Positions 1 to 12,269 of a stretch of 64,000 bases of DNA are shown piece by piece. Made by a program: the position numbers and the translations under genes. Location: assembly GCF_006345805.1 (NCBI RefSeq), contig NC_043000.1:148676001-148740000 (forward strand). Direction: 5' to 3'. The notes under the pieces are model-generated. The model saw nothing but the letters and a program-made list of their open reading frames with translations, searched no databases and was not told the DNA's origin. Each line of letters opens with the position of its first letter. Position 1 is the first letter of the stretch. Source of the stretch: Octopus sinensis (taxonomy: Eukaryota).

Positions 1-859
1 TCATTTCGTACAATTCTCTCTCTTTCTCTTTGTACTTTTTTCTGATTTTTTTCTCTTTATTTTCCCGTTAATTCCATTAATCCTCTGCTTTTCTCTCTCC
101 AACTCGCTATTCTTTTCCATTCACTACTACCATAACTACCAACTGTTTTATTTTCATCTATTTAAGCTACTTCCCTTAACAAAAAAAATAGGTAAGTAAA
201 AATGCACTATTGCATTGTAATTTATATCTTTAAGGTTAACTGAAGCAAATAGCAGACGAATTATCTGTAAAACAAGTGAGTTACTTGTGGTGGCAAAGGT
301 GTTAGTTGAGATAGAGTAGTGCTTAATATGGTAAAGAAGTGCGTTTACCCAAAAAGCGATAAGTAGGTGGTTCTAGTCACGTCAGAGGACCTATTCTTTA
401 TGTTTCCGTCTCAAATTAGTGATATAATTTACGTTTTAACTGTTCAATTGTTAAAATAGTTCGTAAATTATTGAATCAGAGAAAATTAGTCTTTTTGCTT
501 AGCGAGTTCATATAATGCTGGTGGGGCCACAATGGGAATACTCCGTCTTGGCCTCTTTAGTGTGACTAATTCAGAGAGAGAGAGTATGTGTGTGTGGAAA
601 GATCTAAGCACTTGATTAGTACTTTATTTATCGACCCCACCAAAGGAATGGAGGGGCAAAGTGGATACCGATTGGAATTGAACTTGGAGTGGAATAAAGG
701 CTGCATAATATCCATTCCAACGTTCTAATGATTCTGCCAGATCGCCACCGATCTATCTAAACACACACACACACACGTGGATGTGTAAGTGTGTGTGCGA
801 GTAAATACACACACATACACACATCTCTCTTACATTATCTCTCTCTATATATATATATA

Positions 860-1080
860 TCTTTCTTTACTACCCACAAGGGGCTAAACATAGAGGGGAC
901 AAACAAGGACAGACAAAGGCATTAAGTCGATTACATCGACCCCAGTGCGAAACTGGTACTTAATTAATCAACCCCGAAAGGATGAAAGGCAAAGTTGACC
1001 TCGGCGGAATTTGAACTCAGAACGTAACGGCAGACGAAATACCACTAAGCATTTCGCCCGGCGTTCTAACGTTTCTGCCA
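860..1080 (-). mobile_element. tRNA-derived SINE, family B (head truncated by microsatellite)
   Basis: Reverse complement of the gttctgagttcaaattccgccgaggtcgactttgcctttcatcc...gtagtaaagaaa consensus seen elsewhere in the window. Confidence 0.85.
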
Positions 1081-1084
1081 TGTA

Positions 1085-1115
<31 letters not shown>

Positions 1116-1116
1116 G

Positions 1117-1199
<83 letters not shown>

Positions 1200-1216
1200 T
1201 GGCGTGCGTGCGTGCG
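1081..1216. repeat. Compound microsatellite (TACA)n-(TGCG)n
   Basis: Direct reading. Confidence 0.95.
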
Positions 1217-1816
1217 GTGCTGAGCAAATTTCTCTGAAGGTTAATTATTTTGCCTCGCTATTTTTAGTTGTCCTTTTTTTTTTTAGTTACATATATAACA
1301 AAAAAAGTTCCGAAATCAATATTGTAAAGAAAAGGGTAAGGTTTATTTAGTGTTATAAGGACATTTAAAGTTAGTATTGTTAAGGTCACGCAAACACGAG
1401 CACACACTCGCACGTGCGCTCACACATACACACACACACACAATACAAATACACACGCAACACACACACACAAACATATTTGTGCATCCACACTTTCACA
1501 CACATTGATGGAAAGAATGTGTAGATCAAATACGATAAAAAAAACATTGTTGTGTTTTTGCTATTTCAGAACTTCTAATCGATTAAAGGCCGTTGAGCTT
1601 TTGACATTGGCTCATCGAATTCTGATATTTTTTTATTTGTTTTGTTTCTTGTCACACAAACGTGATGCTAAGTCGCAGTTAGAATTTTCAGGATGATACA
1701 GCTGACAAATTCGTACACCATCACCGGTGCTGTATTTTGTCTATGTCAATGGCCAAGACAATTTACATTGTGTGGCCCAATCCACCTAGGTATAAATTGA
1801 TATTATGTAGTGATGT

Positions 1817-2132
1817 GGGAGCACTCCGTCGATTACGACCACGAGGGCCCCAGCTAATGCGATCAACGGAACAGCCTGCTCGTGAAATCAACGTGCAAGT
1901 GGCTGAGCAATCCACTGGCACGTGTACCACTAACGTAGTTCTCAGGGAGATTCAGCGTGACACAAGGCCGGCCCTTTGAAATACAGGTACAACTCATTTT
2001 TGCCAGCAGAGTGAACTGGAGCAACGTGAAATAAAGTGTCTTGCTCAAGGACACAACGCATCGCCGGGAATCGAACTCACAACCTTACGATCGTGAACCG
2101 AATACCCTAACCACTAAGCCACGCGCCTTCGC
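1817..2132 (-). mobile_element. tRNA-derived SINE, D-type head with C-type tail
   Basis: A box tggcttagtggt, B box gagttcgattcc, CORE-like gtccttgagcaagacacttt; TSD tagtgatgt. Confidence 0.85.
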
Positions 2133-2204
2133 TAGTGATGTAGTCAATCACGATAAAGCTGGCATTGACAACTTTTTTCAAGAAGCGGGCTGCATGAGAC
2201 ATGT

Positions 2205-2920
2205 TAGTTAGTTAATTTGGCTCAAAAGCAAATAGCAAGGCCATGTAGGGGGACATGGAGTTAAGTACAGGGTGGTGTTCATGTAAAGAGTTCAGGCCAC
2301 TTGAGGTCAAGGGAGACTTTGAACAAAGCAGTCGTCAACATCTTCACCATCTCGTCTGGCAGCTTGTTCCACGGATCCGCAACCCGGACGGAGACAGCTC
2401 CTCTCCTTCGATTGAGATGAAATCGCTGCAGGCAGAGCTTTTCGGAATGACCCCGCAGCCAACGTTCTGGAGCAGGAGTGAAGAACAGCTCTTTCGAGTG
2501 GTTACACTTTCCGCTTATGATGTTGTGGGCGAGAATGAGATCACCACAGCGGCGGCGTTTTTCTAGAGAATAAAGGTCGGGCGTCCTCAACCTTTCTTCA
2601 TAAGACAAATTTTTGAGACCATGAACCATGCGGGTAGCCAGCTTCTGGACTCTTTCGAGATGCTGTATGTCTTTGAGGAGATAAGGAGAAGAGACTTGAA
2701 TCCCGTACTCCAATATGGGTCTCACCAGCGTGACATAGAGTGGTAGATTTATCATTAGGCGTATCGCACACTATAAAAAATTCGAGGTCATTTTTCGTTA
2801 GGTATTGCCATTCAGAAAGTCCCGCGAGGCGTAGTTTCCCATGACTGTTGTAAGGAACAGAAACGTAGCGAAAGAGTGTTTCGTTAGCTTGCGCAACTGA
2901 TTTCAAGTCTTCCCTTGGTT
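2205..2920 (-). mobile_element. CR1-clade LINE 3' fragment (family CR1-A)
   Basis: ORF 2279-2755 LYVTLVRPILEY...LERVQKLATRMV...YEERL...LEKRRRCGDLI...WNKLP is the typical CR1 ORF2 C-terminus; (TAAC)n tail. Confidence 0.92.
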
Positions 2921-4129
2921 CACGAATAGGCAGCTGCTGACTGTCAAATTAACGGAAATCCTTTAAAACGGCGGATAGAAGGGAACATTAATCGTTTTAC
3001 AACAATTTTGACGGTAAAATGAGACAGAAAACGAAAATAAATAAGGAGAAATAAGTGTTTCAAATTTTCGACACCAAACCAGCAGGATTAAGAGAGGGAG
3101 CAAGTCGACTACGACATCTCTAGCGGATATACTTTTTTAACTCGAAAAGATGAAAAGTCGACCTCGGTGAACCGGAAAAGCCGAAAGAAACGCAGCGATG
3201 CATTTTGTCGATTCTGCCAGTTCGCAACCTTAATAAGGCGAAATAATGACATGAAGTTGGGTACTCAAGCGATGATTTCTAATACTATTAGCAGAAAACC
3301 ACAGATTTGTAGCGGATAGAGTGCAGTCGATTGAATCGACTTCCAGGACATGTTATGATAGTAATTTTACTAACTCTAGGAAAATGGTAGGTTCTGAGTT
3401 TAACGGAGTTTAAACACTGAATGTAATAGGGTAAAACTACATAGTACTAGACATTTAGTCCAAGCATTACTGCTGCTACTTTGCCGCCGTCGATGGAGCC
3501 TAAAGTACTATCACATGATGTAGTTTGCTTGAATACATATATACATGTAGTTCACTTTAAATACACTTCGTTCTGTAAATAGTTACGCAAAATTTAAAAC
3601 GGAGAAGTTAGATCATCAGTAGTGCAAATTAATTAATTATACTAATCGCTTTAAATCAATGGTTTTCATTCTCTTTTATCTTTCAGCGATCTAGAAAAAG
3701 AAAAAATTAATGGTGTACTTCGTAAGGGAAGTTGGGTTTTTTTTTTTTTGTTATTTTGGGTTTTTTTAATGTTTTTTAATGTTTTTTGTTATTTTGTTTT
3801 TTTTAATGTTTTAACGAGAAAAAAAATTGGGATAAACTAGAGGAAGATATTGCTTATCTTGTGTTATTAATTATACTTATGTATAAGAAACTGATGAATA
3901 ACACATTTTTTGAAGAAGCTCAAGTATTAGTATGGATTTTGTAAACTCTATTTATATTATTAAAATGGCGCGCTGTTTGAGAAGATCTTAAATGGAAGGT
4001 ACAAACTAAGTGAGAACCACTGCAGGTAAAACAATTTACCTTTTGAGTAGAAACGTTTGGCGAGAAGAAATTTATCAGCCTCTACACAATCGCTCGACCT
4101 GTTACAAATTGCAACCAAATCTCTTTTTA

Positions 4130-5322
4130 CCGTAAATCCTCGAGTATAGTCCGCCCTTGTGTATAATACGCAGGGGATTTTTAGGGGGCTGTACCTCTGA
4201 AAAACCTAAACCTTGTGTATAATACGCACCCCTTCTCTAACTAGAGTCAAGGAGGTCTATATAACATCCTTGGTTTGTAAAAATGTAACGTCCTTTTTTA
4301 TTATTGTATATCAGTGCTTTTCAAACTTTTTGCTGGAGCGGAACCCCAAGGAAACATTCCACTGGCTCGAGGAACCCCTGTGCAATAATTTAATAGTCTT
4401 ATGTACACATATCTGCACAGGAAAATTAAAAATTACTGCCAATTTTAGCAGTTTTGTAACTTCTTGCGGAACCCCTGGACTGTACTGGCGGAACCCAACG
4501 GTTCCGCGGAACTTTGGTTGAAAACCACTGTTGTATATATAACATAATGCAAACGTGTATCTTTTTTGTGCATTTTGTTTGCAGAAAATAAAGAAATAAC
4601 AGTAATAACGCCAGTGAAAAATAAATATTTAGTAAATTGCTTTTACATATTTATCACTATCAGTTACAAAAGCAAAAGCAAAAACATTTATTCAAATCCT
4701 TCAAATTCAACGTCTGTTTCAGCATCAAATAACTGTTCCGTTTGTTCCTCCGTAAACATGTCAGCATCATTGTAGAGTAAATCTCTGTCATCGTCAGATT
4801 CATAGTCAACATCAAAAGATTCACTTTCATTTATTTCATCTTTCCATACAACGTCATCCAGAGTACCAATACAAACAGCAGGATGAAGTATTTACTAAAC
4901 TACTATGCACAATTCGTGCGAAATTAAGCCAGCAGCACCTAGTCGAACAAACACTTCCGCGAATGCGCAATTCAATAATGGTGATGTTCTTAACTGTTAT
5001 ATGGGAATGTAAATATGTTTGCAAATTGTTTTTGTTACATGTTATTCTGCGTTCTGAATACTTTTATTTTAATAAATGTTGCTTACTGCAAGTTATGGAT
5101 GATTCTTTTATGACTTTATTGCTTTCAGGCTTAGCTTAAGGTATTTTCGCGCCCGACATCACAAAATGCGCCTGAATAAACATTGCCGGACAGCAAATAG
5201 AGACTCGGACACTGCTTAGAAAATATTTTTTCATTTTTAACCTCGTATATAGTACGCACTAGAGATTTTGACCTTTAAATTTTGGTGGGGAGGGAATGCG
5301 GGTTATACTCGAGGATTTATGG
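4130..5322 (-). mobile_element. Internally deleted Tc1/mariner-superfamily (Tc2/pogo-like) transposon
   Basis: TIRs CCGTAAATCCTCGAGTATA / CCATAAATCCTCGAGTATA, TA on both flanks; minus-strand acidic transposase C-terminus CIGTLDD...DAETDVEFEGFE* (~4700-4880). Confidence 0.85.
4312..4530. mobile_element. hAT (Charlie-like) MITE nested in the Tc2 element
   Basis: TIR CAGTGCTTTTCAA / TTGAAAACCACTG, perfect 8-bp TSD ttgtatat. Confidence 0.92.
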
Positions 5323-5742
5323 TAATTGCATTTCACCACTTTGAATACAGAAATGATATGTTAGAATATGTATTCCAAGGTAGCCCTGAGAAAGACGTGA
5401 AAGCCTTTGATTAGATCGTTTTAATACACGAAGTTTGTATCATTTAACCAAGGGCAATATTAGGTAGGTTACTATCAAAATGGAGAACCAATTACGATTT
5501 CTTCCTTCTACAAAAAGCCAATTGCTGTAGGAGAAAGGATTTCGCTGAATATTTTGACCTAGCAAAACTAGTAGTATTACTGGTATTCATTTGATTGAAT
5601 CAATAAGTAGTTGTTACATCATTTCATTTTTATGTAATTACTAAAGGATATCTCATATTGACATTATATTCTATAAGTGAAAACTGGATATTTATATGTG
5701 ACTAAGTTTTATCTTCATTGAAAGTCAATGACTTTTAATTTG

Positions 5743-8050
5743 GTTAATGTTGATATTTTAACCGGAAAAGCGATCGAAAAAACAATAGTGCAACGAGTGT
5801 AAAAAAAAATGGTGTAGGAAACAAATATGAAAACAAAAATGCCCAGAAAGAAATGGGGTGGAGAGAGGCCTTCGGGAAATTCATAAGAACCGATGTTTTT
5901 CCCTCATAACTTTTAGAAAAACGGGGGGGGGGTTACTGAAATTTTATATAAATACCTTTCAAACGGTATAGATTACGATTATAAAGAAATTTGTGGGGAA
6001 AATCTTTTCCGATGGCGTGGGGAGAGGCCTTCGGAAAATTCACAAGATCCGATGTTTTTCCCTCGTAACTTTGAGGAAAATGGATATCTTTTAAGGAAAT
6101 TGTATATAAATACCTTTTAAACAGCATTCATTACGGATGCCTAATGTGCTGCAAACCCCTTATTTTTCTTCGGAAAAAGTAGTTGGGTGGAGGAAACCGG
6201 AATTATTGGAAAATGTTTTTTTTTTTCGATGAATAAATTACGGTGTCCTAATATGTCACAAAACACATTTTTGTCCGGAAAAAAGGGGCTGTTTCTTTTT
6301 TTTAATTTCGTTAAATTTTTACATGTGCACCTTTATAAAAATTAGTGGTAACGAAGTCTGGACAGGAAAGTGAAAAAATGATACAAAATCCTTACAAAAA
6401 CCACGTTAATGTGTGTGTATGTGTATGTGTGTGTGTGTGCGTGTGTGTGTGCATATGTGTGTGTGCATATGTGTGTGTGCATATATATATATATATATAT
6501 AGTAGAAGTAAGGACCCGAACCCTTCAAAGGGATGTTTAGCGTCCAAGTTCCTGGGGTAATGCCTAATTCGTGATTTCAAAAGGATTATATTTTCCTCAG
6601 TTACGAGGGAAAAACTAGGATCTTGCGAATCTTGTGAATTTTCCGAAGTCCTCTCCCCACCCCCTCGGAAAAAATTTTCCCCACAAATTTCTTTATAATC
6701 GTAATCTATACCGTTTGAAAGGTATTTATATAAAATTTCATTCAATAAAACCCCATTTTCCTAAAAGTTATGAGAGAAAAACATCGGGTCTTGTGAATTT
6801 TCCGAAGTCCTCTCCCCACGCCATCGGAAAAGATTTTCCCCACAAATTTCTTTATAATCATAATCTATACCGTTTGAAAGTATTTATATAAAATTTCATT
6901 CAATAAAACCCCATTTTCCTAAAAGTTATGAGAGAAAAACATCGGGTCTTGTGAATTTTCCGAAGTCCTCTCCCCACGCCATCGGAAAAGATTTTCCCCA
7001 CAAATTTCTTTATAATCATAATCTATACCGTTTGAAAGGTATTTATATAAAATTTCATTCAATAAAACCCCATTTTCCTAAAAGTTATGAGAGAAAAACA
7101 TCGGATCTTGTGAATTTTCCGAAGGCCTCTCCCCACGCCATCGGAAAAGATTTTCCCCACAAATTTCTTTATAATCATAATCTATACCGTTTGAAAGGTA
7201 TTTATATAAAATTTCATTCAATAAAACCCCATTTTCCTAAAAGTTATGAGAGAAAAACATCGGGTCTTGTGAATTTTCCGAAGTCCTCTCCCCACGCCAT
7301 CGGAAAAGATTTTCCCCACAAATTTCTTTATAATCATAATCTATACCGTTTGAAAGGTATTATATAAAATTTCATTCAATAAAACCCCATTTTCCTAAAA
7401 GTTATGAGAGAAAAACATCGGATCTTGTGAATTTTCCGAAGGCCTCTCCCCACGCCATCGGAAAAGATTTTCCCCACAATTTCTTTATAATCATAATCTA
7501 TACCGTTTGAAAGGTATTTATATAAAATTTCATTCAATAAAACCCCATTTTCCTAAAAGTTATGAGAGAAAAACATCGGATCTTGTGAATTTTCCGAAGG
7601 CCTCTCCCCACGCCATCGGAAAAGATTTTCCCCACAAATTTCTTTATAATCATAATCTATACCGTTTGAAAGGTATTTATATAAAATTTCATTCAATAAA
7701 ACCCCATTTTCCTAAAAGTTATGAGAGAAAAACATCGGATCTTGTGAATTTTCCGAAGTCCTCTCCCCAACCCATCGGAAAAGATTTTCCCCACAAATTT
7801 CTTTATAATCATAATCTATACCGTTTGAAAGGTATTTTTATAAAATTTCATTCAATAAAACCCCATTTTCCTAAAAGTTATGAGAGAGAAACATCGGATC
7901 TTGTGAATTTTCCGAAGGCCTCTCTCCACCTCCCGTTACTTTCCGGGCATTTTCCTTTTCATATTCGCTTCCTACACCTTTTTTTTACACCCGTTGCACT
8001 ATTTTTCTTTTTTTTTTTTCATTTCGTTTCCGGATAATGTCGACATTAAC
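5743..8050. mobile_element. Foldback-like element with long modular inverted arms
   Basis: Outer ~115-bp inverted repeats (gttaatgt...aatagtgcaacg.gtgtaaaaaaaa...gtggagagaggcc), followed inward by inverted 159-bp units on both arms. Confidence 0.75.
6634..7930 (+). repeat. 159-bp tandem array, 8 full units plus a partial unit
   Basis: Units start at 6634, 6793, 6951, 7110, 7269, 7427, 7585, 7744 and 7903 (gtgaattttccgaag...); about 1.7 inverted units at ~5860-6125. Confidence 0.97.
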
Positions 8051-8160
8051 TCAGAATTTTATCACTTGCCATTCCGTTTACGATATTCATTACGTCTGGT
8101 GATGAATTCTTGCTGCATATTTGCAGTAATGTTTCTTATGCATGGACGTACACAATATAT

Positions 8161-8530
8161 ACTCTTTTACTTGTTTCAGTCATTTTGACTGCGGCCATGC
8201 TGGAGCACCGCCTTTAGTCGAGCAAATCGACTTATTCTTTGTAAGCCCAGTACTTATTCTATCGGTCTCTTTTGCCGAACCGCTAAGTGACGGGAACGTA
8301 AACACACCAGCATCGGTTGTCAAGCAATGCTAGGGGGACAAACACAGACACACAAACATATACACACACATACAAATATATATACACATATACATATATA
8401 CGACAGGCTTCTTTCAGTTTCCGTCTACCAAATTCTATAGCAGAAGACACTTGCCCAAGATGCCACGCAGTGGGACTGAACCCGGAACCATGTGGTTGGT
8501 TAGCAAGCTACTTACCACACAGCCACTCCT
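8161..8530 (-). mobile_element. tRNA-derived SINE, family A
   Basis: Head ggagtggctgtgtggtaag...ggttcagtccc, internal (TA/CA)n, tail gactgaaacaagtaaaagag. Confidence 0.92.
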
Positions 8531-8708
8531 ATTATCCTATATTATGCACATGCGCGCACTCGCGTTTTCTGTTCTTCCCCTATTTCGTGCTGTGCGTCGG
8601 AAGTATCCTCAGTTTTTTCTATGTAAAGAGATTGCTAGCCTCTTGTTCAACCCTCCTTCATTTCTGGAGAAAAGGTCGCTGGAAGTGGTCATTTACGGTG
8701 CAACATAG

Positions 8709-8709
<1 letters not shown>

Positions 8710-8794
<85 letters not shown>

Positions 8795-8828
8795 GTGCGT
8801 GCGTGTCTACGTGTATGTGTGTGTGTGT
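8710..8828. repeat. (GT)n microsatellite
   Basis: Direct reading. Confidence 0.95.
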
Positions 8829-9177
8829 AATTTTTAAAAAATTCTTAACGACTTATGTCAGCTAATTACGCTAGATATTTTGGGGGTACTCCAAGTTGTA
8901 AGTACAGAACAATTCCTCTGATACTGGAAGCTAATTTGTGAAACCTATCTGCCAGTGGTGAAATTACTGCTAAATTGTCTGTGATTCTCGTGGGATATGA
9001 GAGAAGAAGAGATTGTTTAAAGATGTTTATAAATGCTATTTTGATAATCAAATAAATTCAGAATCTACACAGAGTAGTCGATAACCTGACAAGTAGCAGA
9101 TACGTAGTTCGACTCTAGTGGATAGATCGATTTTATTTTTACTTTTTTCTGTCTTGTATTATATCTTATATAAATAA

Positions 9178-9569
9178 CTAGCAGTATCGCCCGGCGTTGC
9201 TCGGGTTTGTAAGGGAAATAACTATATAAGCATTTTTAGAGATGTAAAGTATAATAGCCATCTCAATATGGCTAACCACAAAGGGGGTGTTACTGTAGCT
9301 TTTTACGTTCTGAGATTTAATAATACATTTTTAGAGAGTTACTTCCCTTATATATGCCAAAAATGCATTAAAAATGGGAAAAAATGATGGTATTTTTTTT
9401 TTAATCGTAGACTCATCGTAGACGCGCGCTAATACCCAGAAGGGCTCGATATGAATCACGACTATAAGATACCCGCTTTTGGTTAAACTGCACCGCAAAA
9501 TGTGGGAGTAGTTAGGAATCTAAATCGTAGGAGACAGACAGCACACAACCTCACTTTTATATATATAGA
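9178..9569 (-). mobile_element. Non-autonomous Helitron (copy 1 of 4)
   Basis: 5' TC, 3' hairpin CCCGagcaacgcCGGG followed by CTAG, inserted between A and T, no TSD. Confidence 0.88.
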
Positions 9570-9606
9570 TGTAGTACGAAGCAGCGTTGAATGAAATGCA
9601 CTCGTA

Positions 9607-9783
9607 TAAAGTTATATTCAACACGTTCGAGTGCACTCGGACGAGAGGAAGCTTTCCGCTGCGAAGATAATCACGAGAGAAAGTTCTCCTCGTAGACTTC
9701 GGTGAAAACATATGATGGGCTATCTCGGCAGTGGAAGGTCTTCTCGCATTTGAGTACACTCGAACGTGTTGAATATAACTTTA
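9607..9783. mobile_element. Hairpin MITE with TA flanks
   Basis: TIR TAAAGTTATATTCAACACGTTCGAGTG(C/T)ACTC, about 32 bp near-perfect, with weaker complementarity further inside. Confidence 0.85.
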
Positions 9784-9837
9784 TATAAACATATCTTATA
9801 TTATATGAGTGTGAATATAATATCTTATATTATATAT

Positions 9838-10170
9838 GAGCGCATGGCTCAGTGGTTAGAGCGTCGAGCTTACGATCGTGAGGTTGTGAGTTCGATTCCC
9901 GGACCGAGCTGCATGTTGTGTTCTTGAGCAACACACTTTATTTCACGTTGCTCCAGTTCACTCAGCTGTAGAAATGAGTTGCGACGTCACTGGTGCCAAG
10001 CTGTATCGGCCTTTGCCTTTCCCTTGGATAACATCGGTGGCATGGAGAGGGGAGGCTGGTATGCATGGGCGACTGCTGGCCTTCCACAAACAACCTTGCT
10101 CGGACTTGTGCCTCGGAGGGTAACTTTCTAGGTGCAATCCCATGGTCATTCATGACCGAAGGGGGTCTCC
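9838..10170 (+). mobile_element. tRNA-derived SINE, family D
   Basis: A box tggctcagtggt, B box gagttcgattcc, CORE-like block, distinct tail. Confidence 0.85.
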
Positions 10171-10519
10171 ATATATGAGTGTGATTTTCCCATATTGAAG
10201 AATTGTGTAAACATCAAGGAAACCGAAAATCCAGTATTTACAAACGAAGTCACCAACAAAATTTGTTCTGCCCGAGTTAGTGGCATTCTCTTTTGTCACT
10301 TTTACTGTCAAAAATCAGTAAACTTGTGATTGGTTAGTTGGAAACATATAAGTAACGACGTTATTGTTCACTATTCCCGATATAAAATATATCCTAAGAA
10401 AATAATTTGTTTCTCTCAATTCGGATAAGTAACAGCTCTACCTGGAACGCCTCTCTGACCACTGAGCTATGCATTACTCTGAGCTAACATTGCTCTGAAG
10501 ACTCTTCGAAGAAACTCCA

Positions 10520-10715
10520 GTAGAATTCCACTGAAGCAGGTGAAGTTCAAGTATCTTGGGCCGTTTTCATAAGTGATGGAATGCAAAGAGCTGAATTGAG
10601 TATAAGAATTTAAAGAACTGGCGCAGTGATGCGTCAGTTTCAATATTCGGCCATCAGAAGACAGGAGATGGGTGTAAAATCCAAACCCGCTCTCTTCAAT
10701 AGACAGGGCAAGAGG
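10520..10715 (+). mobile_element. Old RTE-clade RT fragment
   Basis: Frameshifted KFKYLG..FISDGMQRAELSIRI*RTGAVMRQ, resembling the region after the RTE RT core. Confidence 0.55.
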
Positions 10716-10876
10716 AGTTTCGAGAGACAGAAAGTCGCTGAAGAGGTCACAGAATGTGTTTCGGAAGAACTCTGACAAATATACTAATAATTAAATAAAG
10801 CTAAAAACGAAGATCAAATACTGCAGACGTTTAAATAGCAAAAGATGACTGTCTCCAAATACATATATGTATATGA

Positions 10877-11170
10877 CGACGCATGGCCTAGTGGTTAGGG
10901 TGTTGCACTCGCGATCACGAGATCACGGTTTCAATCCCTAGACCGGCTGGTGCGTTCTGTCCTTGAGCAAAACATTTCATCTCACGTTGCTCTGCGATCA
11001 CTTCAACACCTGACGCGTGTTACACAGTTCATCTATTCAGACAACGTCGGTTTGATGGAGAGAGTGAGTTAATGTATGGCACGAACACTTGATCGCTATA
11101 AACAGATCATTTGTGCAGGTCGTTCTGCAAAAGCTGAACGCTCATACGTCGTCTTCGTCGGGAGAGTCTA
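10877..11170 (+). mobile_element. tRNA-derived SINE variant (D-like head, different tail)
   Basis: tggcctagtggt A box, ggtttcaatccc B box, gtccttgagcaaaacatttcatctcacgttgctc. Confidence 0.7.
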
Positions 11171-12269
11171 TCATCTTAACAATACTAAAACTCTAAATGT
11201 TTGTTCGTACCCGAAATATCTCAGAAATAGTATATCTTAATTTGATTTTTTTTGCATATTTATTTTCATACCTACCTTCGGCAATGCAGTACAAATTTTT
11301 GTGATATTTGAACCTCTATTTATTAATGAAAACGATTAAACACAATTTTTACTTATTTCTTGATGACAAAAACATGGCTTCCGGAACGTCAACACTCATA
11401 CAGAATACACACACATATAATGAATGGAATGGCGTGTCATTCAACACAAACACACGTCCACTATCTGCGACATATACACACACACATAGTCTTCGCACTC
11501 TCTAAGAAAAATAAACCTCAACTCTTTGACGTACACAATATTTTAACCATTTAGAAATATATTTAACTGAATGTGATTTCAAAAATGTAAGTTGTTTGTA
11601 CAGTAAGTATTTATATTTTAGCTTTCCTTAAATATACAATATTTTAATGTTTTTTTAAAATTATTTTCAAGTGAATGACGATCTTTCGCTTCTCCACCAG
11701 TGTTAGTTTGATTATGTCCCCATAATTTGAAGGTTAGGTAAAAGGGACTGATAGATTAAGAACCAAACTTTAAAATTCTGGGGGAGAGGTGATTTATTCA
11801 ACTAAATACTTCAAGGTAATTTCCCCAAGCATAGATGCTGTCCACTGACTGAGACAAGAAAAGAAGAAAAAGATGATATATTTTACATCATATTTGGGGA
11901 ACAATAGTACCATTGGTTATAGGTTTCCAACAAGCCAATTGCTGGATGACTGCGTAATTAAATTGAGACCTTATATGCAACATGGTTACATTTCACCAAG
12001 TTTAGTGAAATAACACTCTCATTAATTTGTAACTGTTATGAAAGAAGTTACACACCAAGTTGACAAACTTAATTTTTATGACGTAGATTGTAGGAAGTAA
12101 ATAATAAAAATCATCCTTGAAAACTAGATTTGGTTTACATATCTATCAAAAAAATGATAAGACAAGAGGCTCTGTTTTTTGTTTTTCCTCGTGAAATAAA
12201 CAATCGACTTCTGTTCAAATTAAAAGAGCTAATATTAAAATAAACAGTTTTCTCAAAGTGACACAAAAT

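Noticed and set aside
167-3721. Plus-strand exon candidates 167-191, 1692-1789 and 3687-3721
   Set aside because: Splice signals are plausible, but no frame runs through all three and the peptides resemble nothing I recognise.
6634-8037. ORFs of 85-176 aa with repeating FPKSSPH...KGIYIKFHSIKPHFPKSYER
   Set aside because: They result from a 159-bp unit (a multiple of 3). Frames break at single-base indels, and no start, splice or domain evidence exists.
8317-8865. Recurrent ORFs such as MSSNARGTNTDTQT and MPKMPRSGTEPGTMWLVSKLL
   Set aside because: Antisense translations of the family-A SINE, repeated at many loci.
9838-9910. tRNA-like sequences with A and B boxes
   Set aside because: They continue into SINE bodies, often have TSDs, and lack a proper acceptor stem; they are not tRNA genes.
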